Below are positions 1-9,964 of a stretch of 64,000 bases of DNA, piece by piece. Numbering within the stretch: position 1 is the first letter of the stretch; each line of letters begins with the position of its first letter. The translations under genes and the position numbers were made by a program. The stretch comes from Propionibacteriaceae bacterium (GTDB lineage: Bacteria; Actinomycetota; Actinomycetes; Propionibacteriales; Propionibacteriaceae): NCBI GenBank assembly GCA_025965155.1, contig JAOPXN010000129.1, positions 3,211 to 67,210 on the forward strand, given 5' to 3'. The notes under the pieces are model-generated. The model saw only the letters and a list, made by a program, of their open reading frames with translations, was not told the DNA's origin and did not search any database.

Positions 1-2
1 AC

Positions 3-179
3 GCCCAGAACACCGACAACCTGCGGGCCGAGGAGCTGTACGTCTCGCAGGCGTACGTGGACGAGGGCATGACCATGCGTCGCATCCGCCCCCGGGCCAA
101 GGGCAGTGCGAGCCGGATCCTCAAGCGGTCCAGCCACATCACTGTCGTCGTCGAGCCCAAAACCGCGAAGGAGGCCTGA
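3..179 (+). CDS. rplV: 50S ribosomal protein L22, C-terminal part (5' end outside window)
   Basis: Frame 3 reads ...[42 protein letters not shown], the conserved L22 C-terminus. The TGA at 177-179 is 2 nt before the rpsC ATG, matching S10-operon order. Confidence 0.85.
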   Translation, partial: AQNTDNLRAEELYVSQAYVDEGMTMRRIRPRAKGSASRILKRSSHITVVVEPKTAKEA

Positions 180-181
180 GC

Positions 182-1018
<837 letters not shown>

Positions 1019-1020
1019 CC

Positions 1021-1440
1021 ATGTTGATTCCCCGTCGCGTGAAGTTCCGCAAGCAGCACCACCCGACCCGGCGTGGCGCTGCCAAGGGCGGCACGAAGCT
1101 CTCCTTCGGTGAGTTCGGTATCCAGGCCATCGAGCCGTCGTACCTGACAAACCGTCAGATCGAGTCGGCCCGTATCGCCATGACCCGTCACATGAAGCGT
1201 GGCGGCAAGGTGTGGATCACGGTCTACCCCGACCGCCCGTTGACCAAGAAGCCCGCCGAGACCCGGATGGGTTCCGGTAAGGGTTCCCCCGAATGGTGGA
1301 TCGCCAACATCAAGCCCGGCCGAGTTCTGTTCGAGCTCTCCGGCGTGAGCGAGGATGTGGCCCGCGAGGCCATGCGACTCGCCATCCATAAGCTGCCGAT
1401 GAAGGCGCGCTTCATCAAGCGTGAAGAAGGTGAGTTCTGA
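1021..1440 (+). CDS. rplP: 50S ribosomal protein L16
   Basis: [14 protein letters not shown]...[33 protein letters not shown] is the canonical L16 sequence. Operon order fits. Confidence 0.97.
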   Translation: MLIPRRVKFRKQHHPTRRGAAKGGTKLSFGEFGIQAIEPSYLTNRQIESARIAMTRHMKRGGKVWITVYPDRPLTKKPAETRMGSGKGSPEWWIANIKPGRVLFELSGVSEDVAREAMRLAIHKLPMKARFIKREEGEF

Positions 1441-1697
1441 TGGCGAAGACTGCGAGCGCAGGTGAGCTGCGTGGCCTGAGCCGCGCCGACCTGAACGCGA
1501 AGGTCGTGGAGCTGAAGGAAGAGCTGTTCAACCTGCGCTTCCAGAATGCGACCGGCCAGCTGGAGTCGCATGGCCGGCTCCGCGCCGTCCGCAAGGACAT
1601 CGCGCGGATTTACACCGTGCTCCAGGAGCGCAACCTCGGCATCGTCGAGGATCCAGACGCCGATGAAGTGACCGCTGCAGACGAAGTGAAGGCCTGA
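1440..1697 (+). CDS. rpmC: 50S ribosomal protein L29
   Basis: [49 protein letters not shown] is an L29 signature. The ATG overlaps the rplP stop (TGATG). Confidence 0.95.
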   Translation: MAKTASAGELRGLSRADLNAKVVELKEELFNLRFQNATGQLESHGRLRAVRKDIARIYTVLQERNLGIVEDPDADEVTAADEVKA

Positions 1698-1699
1698 AC

Positions 1700-1987
1700 A
1701 TGAGTGAGTCCGTGAACGAAACAGCCGCCGCCGAGCACCGCGGTCGACGCAAGGTCCGTGAGGGTTACGTCGTCAGCGACAAGATGGACAAGACCGTCGT
1801 CGTCGCCGTCGAGGACCGCGTCAAGCACAAGCTGTACGGCAAGGTGCTTCGGCAGACCAGCAAGCTGAAGGCTCATGACGAGGAGAACAGCGCCGGTATC
1901 GGTGACCGTGTCGTCGTGATGGAGACCCGGCCGCTGAGCGCGACCAAGCGCTGGCGTCTGATCGAGATCGTCGAGAAGGCCAAGTAA
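1700..1987 (+). CDS. rpsQ: 30S ribosomal protein S17
   Basis: [45 protein letters not shown]...[19 protein letters not shown] is typical S17. Confidence 0.96.
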   Translation: MSESVNETAAAEHRGRRKVREGYVVSDKMDKTVVVAVEDRVKHKLYGKVLRQTSKLKAHDEENSAGIGDRVVVMETRPLSATKRWRLIEIVEKAK

Positions 1988-1991
1988 CTCG

Positions 1992-2046
1992 CCGAGATGC
2001 CGCAGGGCTCAGCGCGTCTAGGCGCGCCAGACCTGCGACAGCTCGG
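1992..2046 (+). terminator. Three-tier GC-rich stem-loop after rpsQ (S10/spc operon junction); terminator, attenuator or processing site
   Basis: Nested pairings CCGAG/CTCGG, CCGCAGG/CCTGCG and GCGCG/CGCGC were read directly. No U-tract follows. Confidence 0.35.
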
Positions 2047-2127
2047 AGCAAACCCACTAGTTCCACCAGGCTCCCCAGCCGCTGAATCGGCTACGGGAGA
2101 ACCAGTGAGACAACCAGGAGAAATCAG

Positions 2128-2496
2128 ATGATCCAGCAGGAGTCGCGGCTCAAGGTCGCCGACAACACGGGTGCCAAGGAGATCTTGTGCATTCGTGTCC
2201 TCGGCGGCTCCGGTCGCCGCTACGCCGGCATCGGCGACGTCATCGTCGCCACCGTGAAGGACGCGATCCCCGGTGGCAACGTCAAGAAGGGCGAAGTCGT
2301 CAAGGCCGTCATAGTCCGTACCGTCAAGGAGCGCCGTCGCGCTGACGGTTCGTACATCAAGTTCGACGAGAACGCCGCCGTCATCCTCAAGGCCGACGGC
2401 GAGCCCCGTGGAACCCGTATCTTCGGCCCGGTGGGCCGCGAGCTGCGCGAGAAGCGTTTCATGCGCATCATCTCGCTCGCACCAGAGGTGATCTGA
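2128..2496 (+). CDS. rplN: 50S ribosomal protein L14
   Basis: [28 protein letters not shown]...[26 protein letters not shown] is canonical L14. Confidence 0.98.
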   Translation: MIQQESRLKVADNTGAKEILCIRVLGGSGRRYAGIGDVIVATVKDAIPGGNVKKGEVVKAVIVRTVKERRRADGSYIKFDENAAVILKADGEPRGTRIFGPVGRELREKRFMRIISLAPEVI

Positions 2497-2499
2497 GTT

Positions 2500-2898
2500 A
2501 TGTCAGCCAAGAAATCTGCACCGAAGCTGCACGTCGTCAAGGGCGACAAGGTGAAGGTCATCGCCGGCAAGGACAAGGGCCTGGTCGGCGAGGTCATCGC
2601 CGTGTACCCGGAGCGTCACAAGGTGACCGTGGCCGGCGTCAACATCGTCAAGCGGCACCTGCGCGACACCTCGGCGCAGCCGCAGAGCCGGCAGACCACC
2701 AAGGGCGGGATCGTCTCCTCCGAGGCCCCCATCCACGCGTCCAACGTCCAGCTGGTCGTCAAGACCCCGGACGGCGACGAGGTCGTCACCCGGGTGGGTT
2801 ACAACCGCGTCGAGGTGACGAAGCGTCGCCCGGACGGCTCTGAGTACAAAGCCTTCCGCAGCGTCCGGATCGCCACCAAGACCGGAGAGGAAATCTGA
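2500..2898 (+). CDS. rplX: 50S ribosomal protein L24 (about 25 aa longer than the E. coli protein)
   Basis: [42 protein letters not shown] is the KOW motif. Operon position fits. Confidence 0.95.
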   Translation: MSAKKSAPKLHVVKGDKVKVIAGKDKGLVGEVIAVYPERHKVTVAGVNIVKRHLRDTSAQPQSRQTTKGGIVSSEAPIHASNVQLVVKTPDGDEVVTRVGYNRVEVTKRRPDGSEYKAFRSVRIATKTGEEI

Positions 2899-3473
2899 TG
2901 AGCACCGCTACCACCCAGACCAAGACGCTCCCGCGGCTGAAGCAGCGCTACCGCGAAGAGATCGTCGGTGCGATGCGCGAAGAGTTCAAGTACCCGAATG
3001 TGATGCAGATCCCCGGTCTGGTCAAGGTCGTGGTGAACATGGGCGTCGGCGAGGCGGCCCGGGACTCGAAGCTGATCGACGGCGCCGTCCGCGATCTCAC
3101 GACCATCACCGGTCAGAAGCCGCAGATCACCAAGGCCCGCAAGTCCATCGCCCAGTTCAAGCTGCGCGAGGGGATGCCGATCGGCTGCCACGTCACCCTG
3201 CGCGGTGATCGGATGTGGGAGTTCGCCGACCGGCTGCTGACCCTGGCTCTGCCTCGGATCCGTGACTTCCGTGGTCTGTCGCCGAAGCAGTTCGACGGCC
3301 GCGGCAACTACACCTTCGGTCTCAACGAGCAGGTCATGTTCCACGAGATCGACCAGGACCGGATTGACCGTGTCCGTGGCATGGACATCACCTTTGTGAC
3401 GTCCGCGACGAACGATGACGAGGGGCGGGCGCTGTTGCGGCACCTTGGCTTCCCGTTCCAGCAGATGAGCTAG
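2898..3473 (+). CDS. rplE: 50S ribosomal protein L5
   Basis: [40 protein letters not shown]...[16 protein letters not shown] is typical L5. Confidence 0.97.
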   Translation: MSTATTQTKTLPRLKQRYREEIVGAMREEFKYPNVMQIPGLVKVVVNMGVGEAARDSKLIDGAVRDLTTITGQKPQITKARKSIAQFKLREGMPIGCHVTLRGDRMWEFADRLLTLALPRIRDFRGLSPKQFDGRGNYTFGLNEQVMFHEIDQDRIDRVRGMDITFVTSATNDDEGRALLRHLGFPFQQMS

Positions 3474-3484
3474 GGAGAACCGAT

Positions 3485-3670
3485 ATGGCAAAGACAGCAC
3501 TCAAGGTCAAGCAGTCCCGCAAGCCGAAGTTCGCGGTGCGTGCCTACAGCCGTTGCCAGCGATGCGGACGACCCAGGGCGGTCTTCCGCAAGTTCGGCCT
3601 GTGCCGGATCTGCGTGCGCGAGATGGCGCACAAGGGCGAGCTGCCGGGCGTCACCAAGTCGTCTTGGTGA
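3485..3670 (+). CDS. rpsN: 30S ribosomal protein S14, short zinc-binding type Z
   Basis: The 61-aa product [61 protein letters not shown] carries CxxC...CxxC. Confidence 0.96.
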   Translation: MAKTALKVKQSRKPKFAVRAYSRCQRCGRPRAVFRKFGLCRICVREMAHKGELPGVTKSSW

Positions 3671-3774
3671 GCCCTGCTCCTCCGTACGACACTCCCTAGA
3701 ACAACCAACGTGAAACAAAGACCCGCTGAAGGTCCGCTTGCGGAAACCACGGTGAGAAAGAGGCTCAATCAGCC

Positions 3775-4182
3775 ATGACCATGACAGATCCCATTGCAGA
3801 CATGCTGACCCGCGTGCGCAACGCCAACCAGGCGTACCACGACGTGGCAGTCATGCCGCACAGCAAGATCAAGGTCGGCATCGCCGAAATCCTTGCGTCC
3901 GAGGGCTATATCGCCGGCTACGAGGTTAAGGAGCCGGGCGAGGGCGAGGTCGGCAAGACCTTGGCGATCACGCTCAAGTACGGCCAGAACCGTGAGCGTT
4001 CGATCGCCGGTGTGCGCCGTGTCTCCAAGCCCGGCCTCCGGGTGTACGCGAAGTCGACCGGCCTGCCCAAGGTGCTCGGCGGGATGGGCATCGCCATCAT
4101 CTCGACGTCCCAGGGCCTGCTGACCGACCGCCAGGCCCACAGAAACTCCGTCGGGGGCGAAGTTCTCGCCTACGTCTGGTAA
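3775..4182 (+). CDS. rpsH: 30S ribosomal protein S8
   Basis: [43 protein letters not shown]...[17 protein letters not shown] is typical S8. Confidence 0.97.
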   Translation: MTMTDPIADMLTRVRNANQAYHDVAVMPHSKIKVGIAEILASEGYIAGYEVKEPGEGEVGKTLAITLKYGQNRERSIAGVRRVSKPGLRVYAKSTGLPKVLGGMGIAIISTSQGLLTDRQAHRNSVGGEVLAYVW

Positions 4183-4211
4183 CCGGACGAGCAGAGAGGA
4201 AAGGTAGCAAG

Positions 4212-4754
4212 ATGTCACGCATTGGCAGACTTCCGATCACGGTCCCGTCCGGCGTCGAGGTCACCCTCGACGGCCAGCAGGTCCAGATCAAGGGCCCCAA
4301 AGGCACCCTCCAGCACCGCGTCGCGGAGCCGATCACCGTCGGACGCGGCGAGAATGGCCAGATCCACGTCGACCGGCCCAACGACGAGCGCGTCAGCAAG
4401 TCGCTGCATGGTCTGACCCGGACCCTGGTGTTCAACATGGTCACCGGAGTCACCCAGGGCTACGAGAAGAAGCTCGAGATTGTGGGCGTGGGTTACCGCG
4501 TCCTGTCCAAGGGACCCACCGAGCTGGAGTTCTCCCTCGGTTACAGCCACACCATCACGGTGCGCGCTCCCGAGGGCATCACCTTCGTCGTCGAGGCTCC
4601 GACCCGGTTCTCGGTTCAGGGCATCGACAAGCAGCAGGTGGGCGAAGTGGCTGCGAACATTCGCAAGCTTCGCAAGCCAGAGCCCTACAAGGGCAAGGGC
4701 GTTCGGTACGCGGGTGAGCACATCCGCCGCAAGGTCGGAAAGGCTGGTAAGTGA
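4212..4754 (+). CDS. rplF: 50S ribosomal protein L6
   Basis: [17 protein letters not shown]...[22 protein letters not shown]...[19 protein letters not shown] is typical L6. Confidence 0.97.
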   Translation: MSRIGRLPITVPSGVEVTLDGQQVQIKGPKGTLQHRVAEPITVGRGENGQIHVDRPNDERVSKSLHGLTRTLVFNMVTGVTQGYEKKLEIVGVGYRVLSKGPTELEFSLGYSHTITVRAPEGITFVVEAPTRFSVQGIDKQQVGEVAANIRKLRKPEPYKGKGVRYAGEHIRRKVGKAGK

Positions 4755-4755
4755 G

Positions 4756-5139
4756 ATGGCTATCTCTTTGGCACACCGGAGGTCGACGACGGGCAAGACT
4801 GCCTCGCGGTTGCGTCGTCAGCTCCGTGGTCGCAAGAAGATCTTCGGAGAGGCCGAGCGTCCGCGCCTGGTGATCTCCAAGTCCTCCAAGCACATCTCGG
4901 CCCAGGTGATCGACGACACCCGCGGTGTCACGTTGGCGCACGCCTCCACGATGGAAGCGGAGCTCCGGGTGGCGACGGGCGACAAGACGGCCAAGGCCAA
5001 GCAGGTGGGGGAGACCCTCGCCAGCCGCGCCAAGGCCGCCGGGATCGAAAACGTGGTCTTCGACCGCGCCGGACACAAGTACCACGGTCGCATCGCAGCG
5101 CTGGCAGACAGCGCCCGCGCCGGCGGCCTGGGCTTCTAG
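4756..5139 (+). CDS. rplR: 50S ribosomal protein L18
   Basis: In-frame ATG at 4756, 1 nt after the rplF stop, lies inside the 4480..5139 ORF. The product reads MAISLAHRR...[20 protein letters not shown]...[26 protein letters not shown]. The upstream part of the ORF overlaps rplF and is not coding. Confidence 0.93.
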   Translation: MAISLAHRRSTTGKTASRLRRQLRGRKKIFGEAERPRLVISKSSKHISAQVIDDTRGVTLAHASTMEAELRVATGDKTAKAKQVGETLASRAKAAGIENVVFDRAGHKYHGRIAALADSARAGGLGF

Positions 5140-5163
5140 AGCACGACGAGCAAAGGAATAGCG

Positions 5164-5760
5164 ATGAGTGGAACCCAGCGCCGCAGTGGCGGCGCAGGTG
5201 GTGAGCGTCGCGGCCGTGACGATCGTCGTGGCCAGGCGCAGGAGAAGAGCAACTACATTGAGCGCGTGGTGGCGATCAACCGCGTTGCGAAGGTGGTCAA
5301 GGGTGGACGTCGGTTCAGCTTCACCGCCCTCGTGGTGGTCGGCGACGGCGACGGCACCGTAGGGGTCGGGTACGGAAAGGCCAAGGAGGTGCCCGCGGCT
5401 ATCGCCAAGGGTGTCGAGGAGGCCAAGAAGTCCTTTTTCAAGGTGCCGCGGATCCAGGGCACCATCCCGCACCCGGTCCAGGGTGAGAAGGCTGCCGGCG
5501 TGGTCATGCTGCGTCCGGCGTCTCCGGGTACCGGTGTCATCGCCGGCGGTTCGGCTCGGGCGGTGCTCGAGTGCGCAGGCGTGCACGACGTGCTCGCCAA
5601 GTCGCTCGGCTCGACCAACGCCATCAACGTGGTGCATGCCACGGTCGAGGCGCTGCAGAGCCTGGAGGAGCCGGAAGCTGTGGCCAAGCGCCGCGGCAAG
5701 TCCGTCGAGCACGTCACCCCGGCGGCCATCCTGCGCGCCCGCGCGGAGGTGACCTCCTGA
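5164..5760 (+). CDS. rpsE: 30S ribosomal protein S5
   Basis: [51 protein letters not shown] is typical S5. Confidence 0.97.
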   Translation: MSGTQRRSGGAGGERRGRDDRRGQAQEKSNYIERVVAINRVAKVVKGGRRFSFTALVVVGDGDGTVGVGYGKAKEVPAAIAKGVEEAKKSFFKVPRIQGTIPHPVQGEKAAGVVMLRPASPGTGVIAGGSARAVLECAGVHDVLAKSLGSTNAINVVHATVEALQSLEEPEAVAKRRGKSVEHVTPAAILRARAEVTS

Positions 5761-5942
5761 TGCCCCGCTTGAAGGTCAGCCAGGTCCGGTCCGGTATCGG
5801 CGGCAAGCAGAACCAGCGTGACACGCTGCGGACGCTTGGCCTGAAGCGGGTCGGCGATGTGGCTGTCAAAGAAGATCGTCCTGAAATTCGAGGAATGCTC
5901 GCCACGGTGCGGCACCTGATTACCGTCGAGGAGGTCGACTGA
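5760..5942 (+). CDS. rpmD: 50S ribosomal protein L30
   Basis: The ATG overlaps the rpsE TGA. The 60-aa product is [60 protein letters not shown]. Confidence 0.93.
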   Translation: MPRLKVSQVRSGIGGKQNQRDTLRTLGLKRVGDVAVKEDRPEIRGMLATVRHLITVEEVD

Positions 5943-5943
5943 C

Positions 5944-6384
5944 ATGGCACTCAAGGTCCATCACCTGAGGCCGGCTCCCGGCGCCAAGACCCCTAAGACC
6001 CGCGTTGGTCGTGGTGAAGGCTCCAAGGGCAAGACAGCCGGTCGCGGCACCAAGGGCTCGAAGGCCCGTAACAACATCCCCGAGTTCTTCGAGGGTGGCC
6101 AGATGCCGCTGCACATGCGGACCCCGAAGCTTCGCGGCTTCAAGAACCCGTTCCGTACCGAGTACCAAATCGTCAACCTGGACCGGCTGAGCGAGCTCTT
6201 CCCCGAGGGTGGTTCGGTGGACGTGGCCGACCTGGCCACCGTCGGAGCGGTACGCCCAGGGCACCTGGTCAAGATTCTGGGTGACGGCGACATCTCCGTG
6301 GCTATTCAGGTGAGCGCGCACGCGTTCTCCAAGAGTGCCAAAGAGAAGATCGCTGCTGCCGGCGGGTCGACCACCCAGGTCTGA
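5944..6384 (+). CDS. rplO: 50S ribosomal protein L15
   Basis: [36 protein letters not shown]...[20 protein letters not shown] is typical L15. Confidence 0.97.
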   Translation: MALKVHHLRPAPGAKTPKTRVGRGEGSKGKTAGRGTKGSKARNNIPEFFEGGQMPLHMRTPKLRGFKNPFRTEYQIVNLDRLSELFPEGGSVDVADLATVGAVRPGHLVKILGDGDISVAIQVSAHAFSKSAKEKIAAAGGSTTQV

Positions 6385-6405
6385 TCCGGCTGAGGTTCCA
6401 CAGCT

Positions 6406-6435
6406 GGGGGCGTGCTCGTTCATCGAGCCGCCCCC
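6406..6435 (+). terminator. Weak stem-loop just downstream of rplO
   Basis: GGGGGCG at 6406-6412 pairs with CGCCCCC at 6429-6435 around a 16-nt loop. No U-tract follows. Confidence 0.3.
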
Positions 6436-6542
6436 GTCTGCTATCCGGGCGCAGCGGGTTCTCCGGACCGCCAGCTGATGCATCTCGGCCCACTCGGATG
6501 GGGTCGGTCCCGGTCAGCGCTTGATAGAGTCGAGCGTCCCCA

Positions 6543-6564
6543 TCCGGGGACGCTGGTCCCGTCG
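6543..6564 (+). other. Perfect 9-bp hairpin in the 245-nt rplO-secY spacer (candidate secY leader structure)
   Basis: AGCGTCCCC-ATCC-GGGGACGCT was read directly. It is followed by GGTGC-N6-GCACC and CCCC-GTA-GGGG hairpins before the secY GTG. Confidence 0.4.
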
Positions 6565-6629
6565 GTGCCTTCCAGCACCGGGCGGTTGCAAAAGCCCCGT
6601 AGGGGGTCGATAGGAAGAGAGGGGCCGAC

Positions 6630-7937
6630 GTGCTGTCCGCGTTCGCTAACGCTTTCCGGACTCCGGACCTGAGGAAGAAGATCTTCTTCACGCTCGGCAT
6701 CCTTGCCATCTTCCGGCTGGGGTCCATCATCCCGACGCCCAACGTCAACGTCCGGCAGGTCGACTTCTGCCTCAAGCAGGCCGCCAGCGGTGACCAGCAG
6801 GGGCTGTACTCGCTGATCAACCTGTTCTCCGGCGGGGCGCTGCTCCAGCTGGCGATTTTCGCCCTGGGGATCATGCCGTACATCACCGCCAGCATCATCC
6901 TTCAGCTGCTCACCGTGGTCATCCCGCGGTTGGAAGCGCTGAAGAAGGAAGGCCAGTCCGGCCAGACGAAGATAACCCAGTACACCCGGTATCTGACCTT
7001 GGTCCTGGCCGTGCTGAACTCCACCGCCTTCGTCACCCTCGCGGTCAACGACCGGCTGTTCACCGGCTGCCCCGGGCTGGTCTACGACACCGGCATCTTC
7101 CCGGTTGTCACCATGATCCTGACCATGACCGCGGGTACCAGCGTCATCATGTGGCTGGGTGAGCTGATCACCGAACGCGGCATCGGAAACGGTATGTCGG
7201 TGATGATCTTCACCCAGATCGCCGCCACCTTCCCGACTGCCCTGTGGAGCCTGAAGGTGGCTCGCCCCGGAGCCGACGGCTGGGTTGTCTTCCTGCTGGT
7301 GATCGCCTTGGGTCTGGTCGTGATGGCCGGTGTCATCTTCATCGAGCAGTCGCAGCGCCGGATACCGGTGCAGTACGCCAAGCGGATGGTCGGCCGCCGG
7401 ATGTTCGGGGGCTCCACCACGTACATCCCGATCAAGGTGAACCAGGCGGGCGTGATCCCGGTGATCTTTGCCTCGTCACTGCTCTACCTGCCGGCGCTGT
7501 ATGCGCAGTTCCAGCCGGAGTCGCGGGTGTCGGTATGGATCCAGACCAACTTCGTCAAAGGGGACCACCCGGTCTACATGATCAGCTTCTTCCTGCTGAT
7601 CGTGTTCTTCGCCTACTTCTACGTCGCCATCACCTTCAACCCCAACGAGGTTGCGGACAACATGAAGAAGTACGGCGGCTTCATCCCGGGTATCCGCGCC
7701 GGCAAGCCCACCGAGGACTACCTGTCCTACGTCTTGTCGCGGCTGACGTTCCCGGGCGCCATGTACCTGGGTCTGATCGCACTGTTGCCGTCGGTGGCCT
7801 TCATCTTCTTGCAGGCAAACCAGAACTTCCCCTTCGGCGGAACGTCGATCCTGATCATCGTGGGCGTCGGTCTCGACACGGTGAAGCAGATCGAGAGCCA
7901 GCTCCAGCAACGTAACTACGAAGGGTTCTTGCGCTGA
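6630..7937 (+). CDS. secY: Preprotein translocase subunit SecY
   Basis: The 435-aa multi-TM protein contains [25 protein letters not shown] and [15 protein letters not shown]. Its position after rplO fits. GTG start as given in the ORF track. Confidence 0.96.
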   Translation: MLSAFANAFRTPDLRKKIFFTLGILAIFRLGSIIPTPNVNVRQVDFCLKQAASGDQQGLYSLINLFSGGALLQLAIFALGIMPYITASIILQLLTVVIPRLEALKKEGQSGQTKITQYTRYLTLVLAVLNSTAFVTLAVNDRLFTGCPGLVYDTGIFPVVTMILTMTAGTSVIMWLGELITERGIGNGMSVMIFTQIAATFPTALWSLKVARPGADGWVVFLLVIALGLVVMAGVIFIEQSQRRIPVQYAKRMVGRRMFGGSTTYIPIKVNQAGVIPVIFASSLLYLPALYAQFQPESRVSVWIQTNFVKGDHPVYMISFFLLIVFFAYFYVAITFNPNEVADNMKKYGGFIPGIRAGKPTEDYLSYVLSRLTFPGAMYLGLIALLPSVAFIFLQANQNFPFGGTSILIIVGVGLDTVKQIESQLQQRNYEGFLR

Positions 7938-8509
7938 TGCGTCTACTGATCATGGGTCCGCCAGGCGCGGGCAAGGGCACTCAGGCCAAGCTCGTCGCTG
8001 CGCGGTACGGCATCCCGGCCATCTCCACCGGTGACATCTTCCGGGCGAACGTCGCTGCCGGCACCCCGCTCGGCCTGGAGGCCAAGCGAATCATGGCCGA
8101 GGGCGGCTACATCAGCGACGAGATCACCAACGCGATCGTGGCCGACCGGCTGAAGGAGCCGGACGCCGAGCGGGGGTTCCTGCTCGACGGGTACCCGCGC
8201 ACGCTGCCGCAGGTGGATGCGCTGGACCAGGTCCTGAAGGACCACGGCCACGCGCTCGACGCGGTCATCTCGCTGGAGGCTGACGTCGATGAGGTGGTCA
8301 AGCGGCTGCACCTGCGGGCCCAGCTCGAGGGCCGCGAGGACGACTCCGAGGATGCCATCCGCAAGCGGCAGCAGGTGTACGGCGACGAGACGTCGCCGCT
8401 GTTGGACGTCTACCGCACTCGGGGCCTGCTGGTGCCCGTCGACGGGCTCGGGACTGTGGACGAGGTCTCGGCTCGCGTCGCCGCGGCGCTGGACGCACAC
8501 GCCAAGTAG
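7937..8509 (+). CDS. adk: Adenylate kinase (short-lid form)
   Basis: [17 protein letters not shown] supplies the P-loop, with [11 protein letters not shown] and [13 protein letters not shown] also present. Confidence 0.96.
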   Translation: MRLLIMGPPGAGKGTQAKLVAARYGIPAISTGDIFRANVAAGTPLGLEAKRIMAEGGYISDEITNAIVADRLKEPDAERGFLLDGYPRTLPQVDALDQVLKDHGHALDAVISLEADVDEVVKRLHLRAQLEGREDDSEDAIRKRQQVYGDETSPLLDVYRTRGLLVPVDGLGTVDEVSARVAAALDAHAK

Positions 8510-8515
8510 CCCGCG

Positions 8516-9361
8516 ATGTTCAGGTCCCCCCGCGGAGTGGAGATCAAGAAGCCCGAGCAGCTGCTGCAGATGCGTGCCGCCGGTCTGGTGGTAGCAAAGG
8601 CCCTGGCCGAGACCTCGGCCGCAGTGCGCCCAGGCATCAGCACCGCTGAGCTGGACGCCATCGCCGCCGACGTCATCGCCGGCGCGGGCGCGACACCCTC
8701 GTTCCTCGGCTACGGCGCCGTCCGCGGAGTCGGCGGCTTCCCCGGCGTCACCTGCATCTCGATCAATGACGAGGTGGTTCACGGCATCCCCGGCGACCGG
8801 GTGCTGAAGGAGGGCGACCTGGTCTCGATCGACTGCGGTGCCGTCGTGAACGGCTGGCACGGCGACTCGGCGCAGACCGTTTTCGTCGGCACGCCGTCGG
8901 CTGAGGACGCCGGGCTGAGCGAGGCCACCCGAATGGCGATGTGGCACGGAGTGGCCGCGGCCACCCTGGGTGGCCACGTCGGGGACATCTCCGCGGCAGT
9001 GGAGAGTTACGTCCGTGGGCTCGAGCAGGGATACGGCATCGTGGAGGAGTACGTGGGCCACGGCATCGGCTCGGCCATGCACCAGCCGCCGGACGTGCCG
9101 AACGTGGGCAAGCCCGGCCGCGGCCCGCGCATCGTGGAGGGGCTGGCTCTGGCTGTCGAGCCGATGCTGACCCGCGGTGCACCGGGCAACTCGGTGCTGG
9201 CCGACGACTGGACCGTGGTCACCGACGACGGCCGGCCCGCCGCCCACTGGGAGCACACGATGACCGTAACCCGGACCGGGATCTGGGTGCTGACCGCCGA
9301 CGATGGCGGTGAGGAGATGCTCGCCGCATTTGGCGCCCCCTTCGGCCCCCTCGCCGACTAG
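8516..9361 (+). CDS. map: Type I methionine aminopeptidase
   Basis: VHGIPGDRVLKEGDLVSIDCGAVVNGWHGDSA, GHGIGSAMHQPP and the AHWEHT metal-ligand motifs are present. Confidence 0.95.
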   Translation: MFRSPRGVEIKKPEQLLQMRAAGLVVAKALAETSAAVRPGISTAELDAIAADVIAGAGATPSFLGYGAVRGVGGFPGVTCISINDEVVHGIPGDRVLKEGDLVSIDCGAVVNGWHGDSAQTVFVGTPSAEDAGLSEATRMAMWHGVAAATLGGHVGDISAAVESYVRGLEQGYGIVEEYVGHGIGSAMHQPPDVPNVGKPGRGPRIVEGLALAVEPMLTRGAPGNSVLADDWTVVTDDGRPAAHWEHTMTVTRTGIWVLTADDGGEEMLAAFGAPFGPLAD

Positions 9362-9501
9362 CCCCGTCCTCCCCACCCTCGTCGGCATGTCGCGGCAGAC
9401 CCGACCAGTCGCGCGTCAAACAGGCCCGGCCAGTCGGGCGATCTTTGTTACCGTTTGGTTGTTTCGCCTCGACGCGGCGCGGAGTACGCGAGACTGGCGG
9501 G

Positions 9502-9906
9502 GTGGATGAGCAGCAAGGCGTCGAACGCAACGTGCTCGGGGGAGTGCTCGAGTCGTGCAGCACAGATCCCATGACTGGTTACTTCCGGGACGGTTGTTGC
9601 AACAGCGGCCCGCAGGACCAGGGATCTCACACCGTCTGCGTGGTGGTGACCAGAGAGTTCCTGGACTACCAGCAAAAGATCGGCAACGATCTCAGCACCC
9701 CGATCCCGCAGTACGGGTTCCCCGGCCTGGTGCCGGGTGACCGCTGGTGCGTCGTTGCCATGCGGTGGGCCCAGGCCTACCAGGACGGTGTGGCGGCGCC
9801 CGTGGTGCTCGCCGCCAGTCACATTCGGGCGCTGGACGTGATCCCGCTGACTGCACTCCGCCGCTGCGCGGTGGATGTGCCCGAGGACGCCCGCTCCCTG
9901 GAGTAG
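9502..9906 (+). CDS. DUF2237 family protein
   Basis: NVLGGVLESCSTDPMTGYFRDGCCNSGPQDQGSHTVCVVVTREFLDYQ matches my recollection of the DUF2237 signature. The start is placed at the in-frame GTG at 9502; the ORF track start at 9445 is possible. Confidence 0.7.
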   Translation: MDEQQGVERNVLGGVLESCSTDPMTGYFRDGCCNSGPQDQGSHTVCVVVTREFLDYQQKIGNDLSTPIPQYGFPGLVPGDRWCVVAMRWAQAYQDGVAAPVVLAASHIRALDVIPLTALRRCAVDVPEDARSLE

Positions 9907-9964
9907 GGCCCGGTGCGCCTATCCGGGTGAGTCCCGCTGGGCAGCTGCTCTTTAGGGTGGTCGG

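Noticed and set aside
7943-9388. 481-aa ORF on the minus strand spanning adk and map
   Set aside because: It is antisense to two unmistakable housekeeping genes. The product is Arg/Gly/Pro/His/Val-rich low-complexity sequence, typical of stop-codon-poor antisense frames in high-GC DNA.
9398-9466. Terminator after map (CCCGAC...GTCGGG stem, imperfect 18-nt direct repeat, T-rich tract)
   Set aside because: The stem is only 6 bp with a loop of about 27 nt, so the fold is weak. I note it as a possible end of the operon but cannot support it as a feature.
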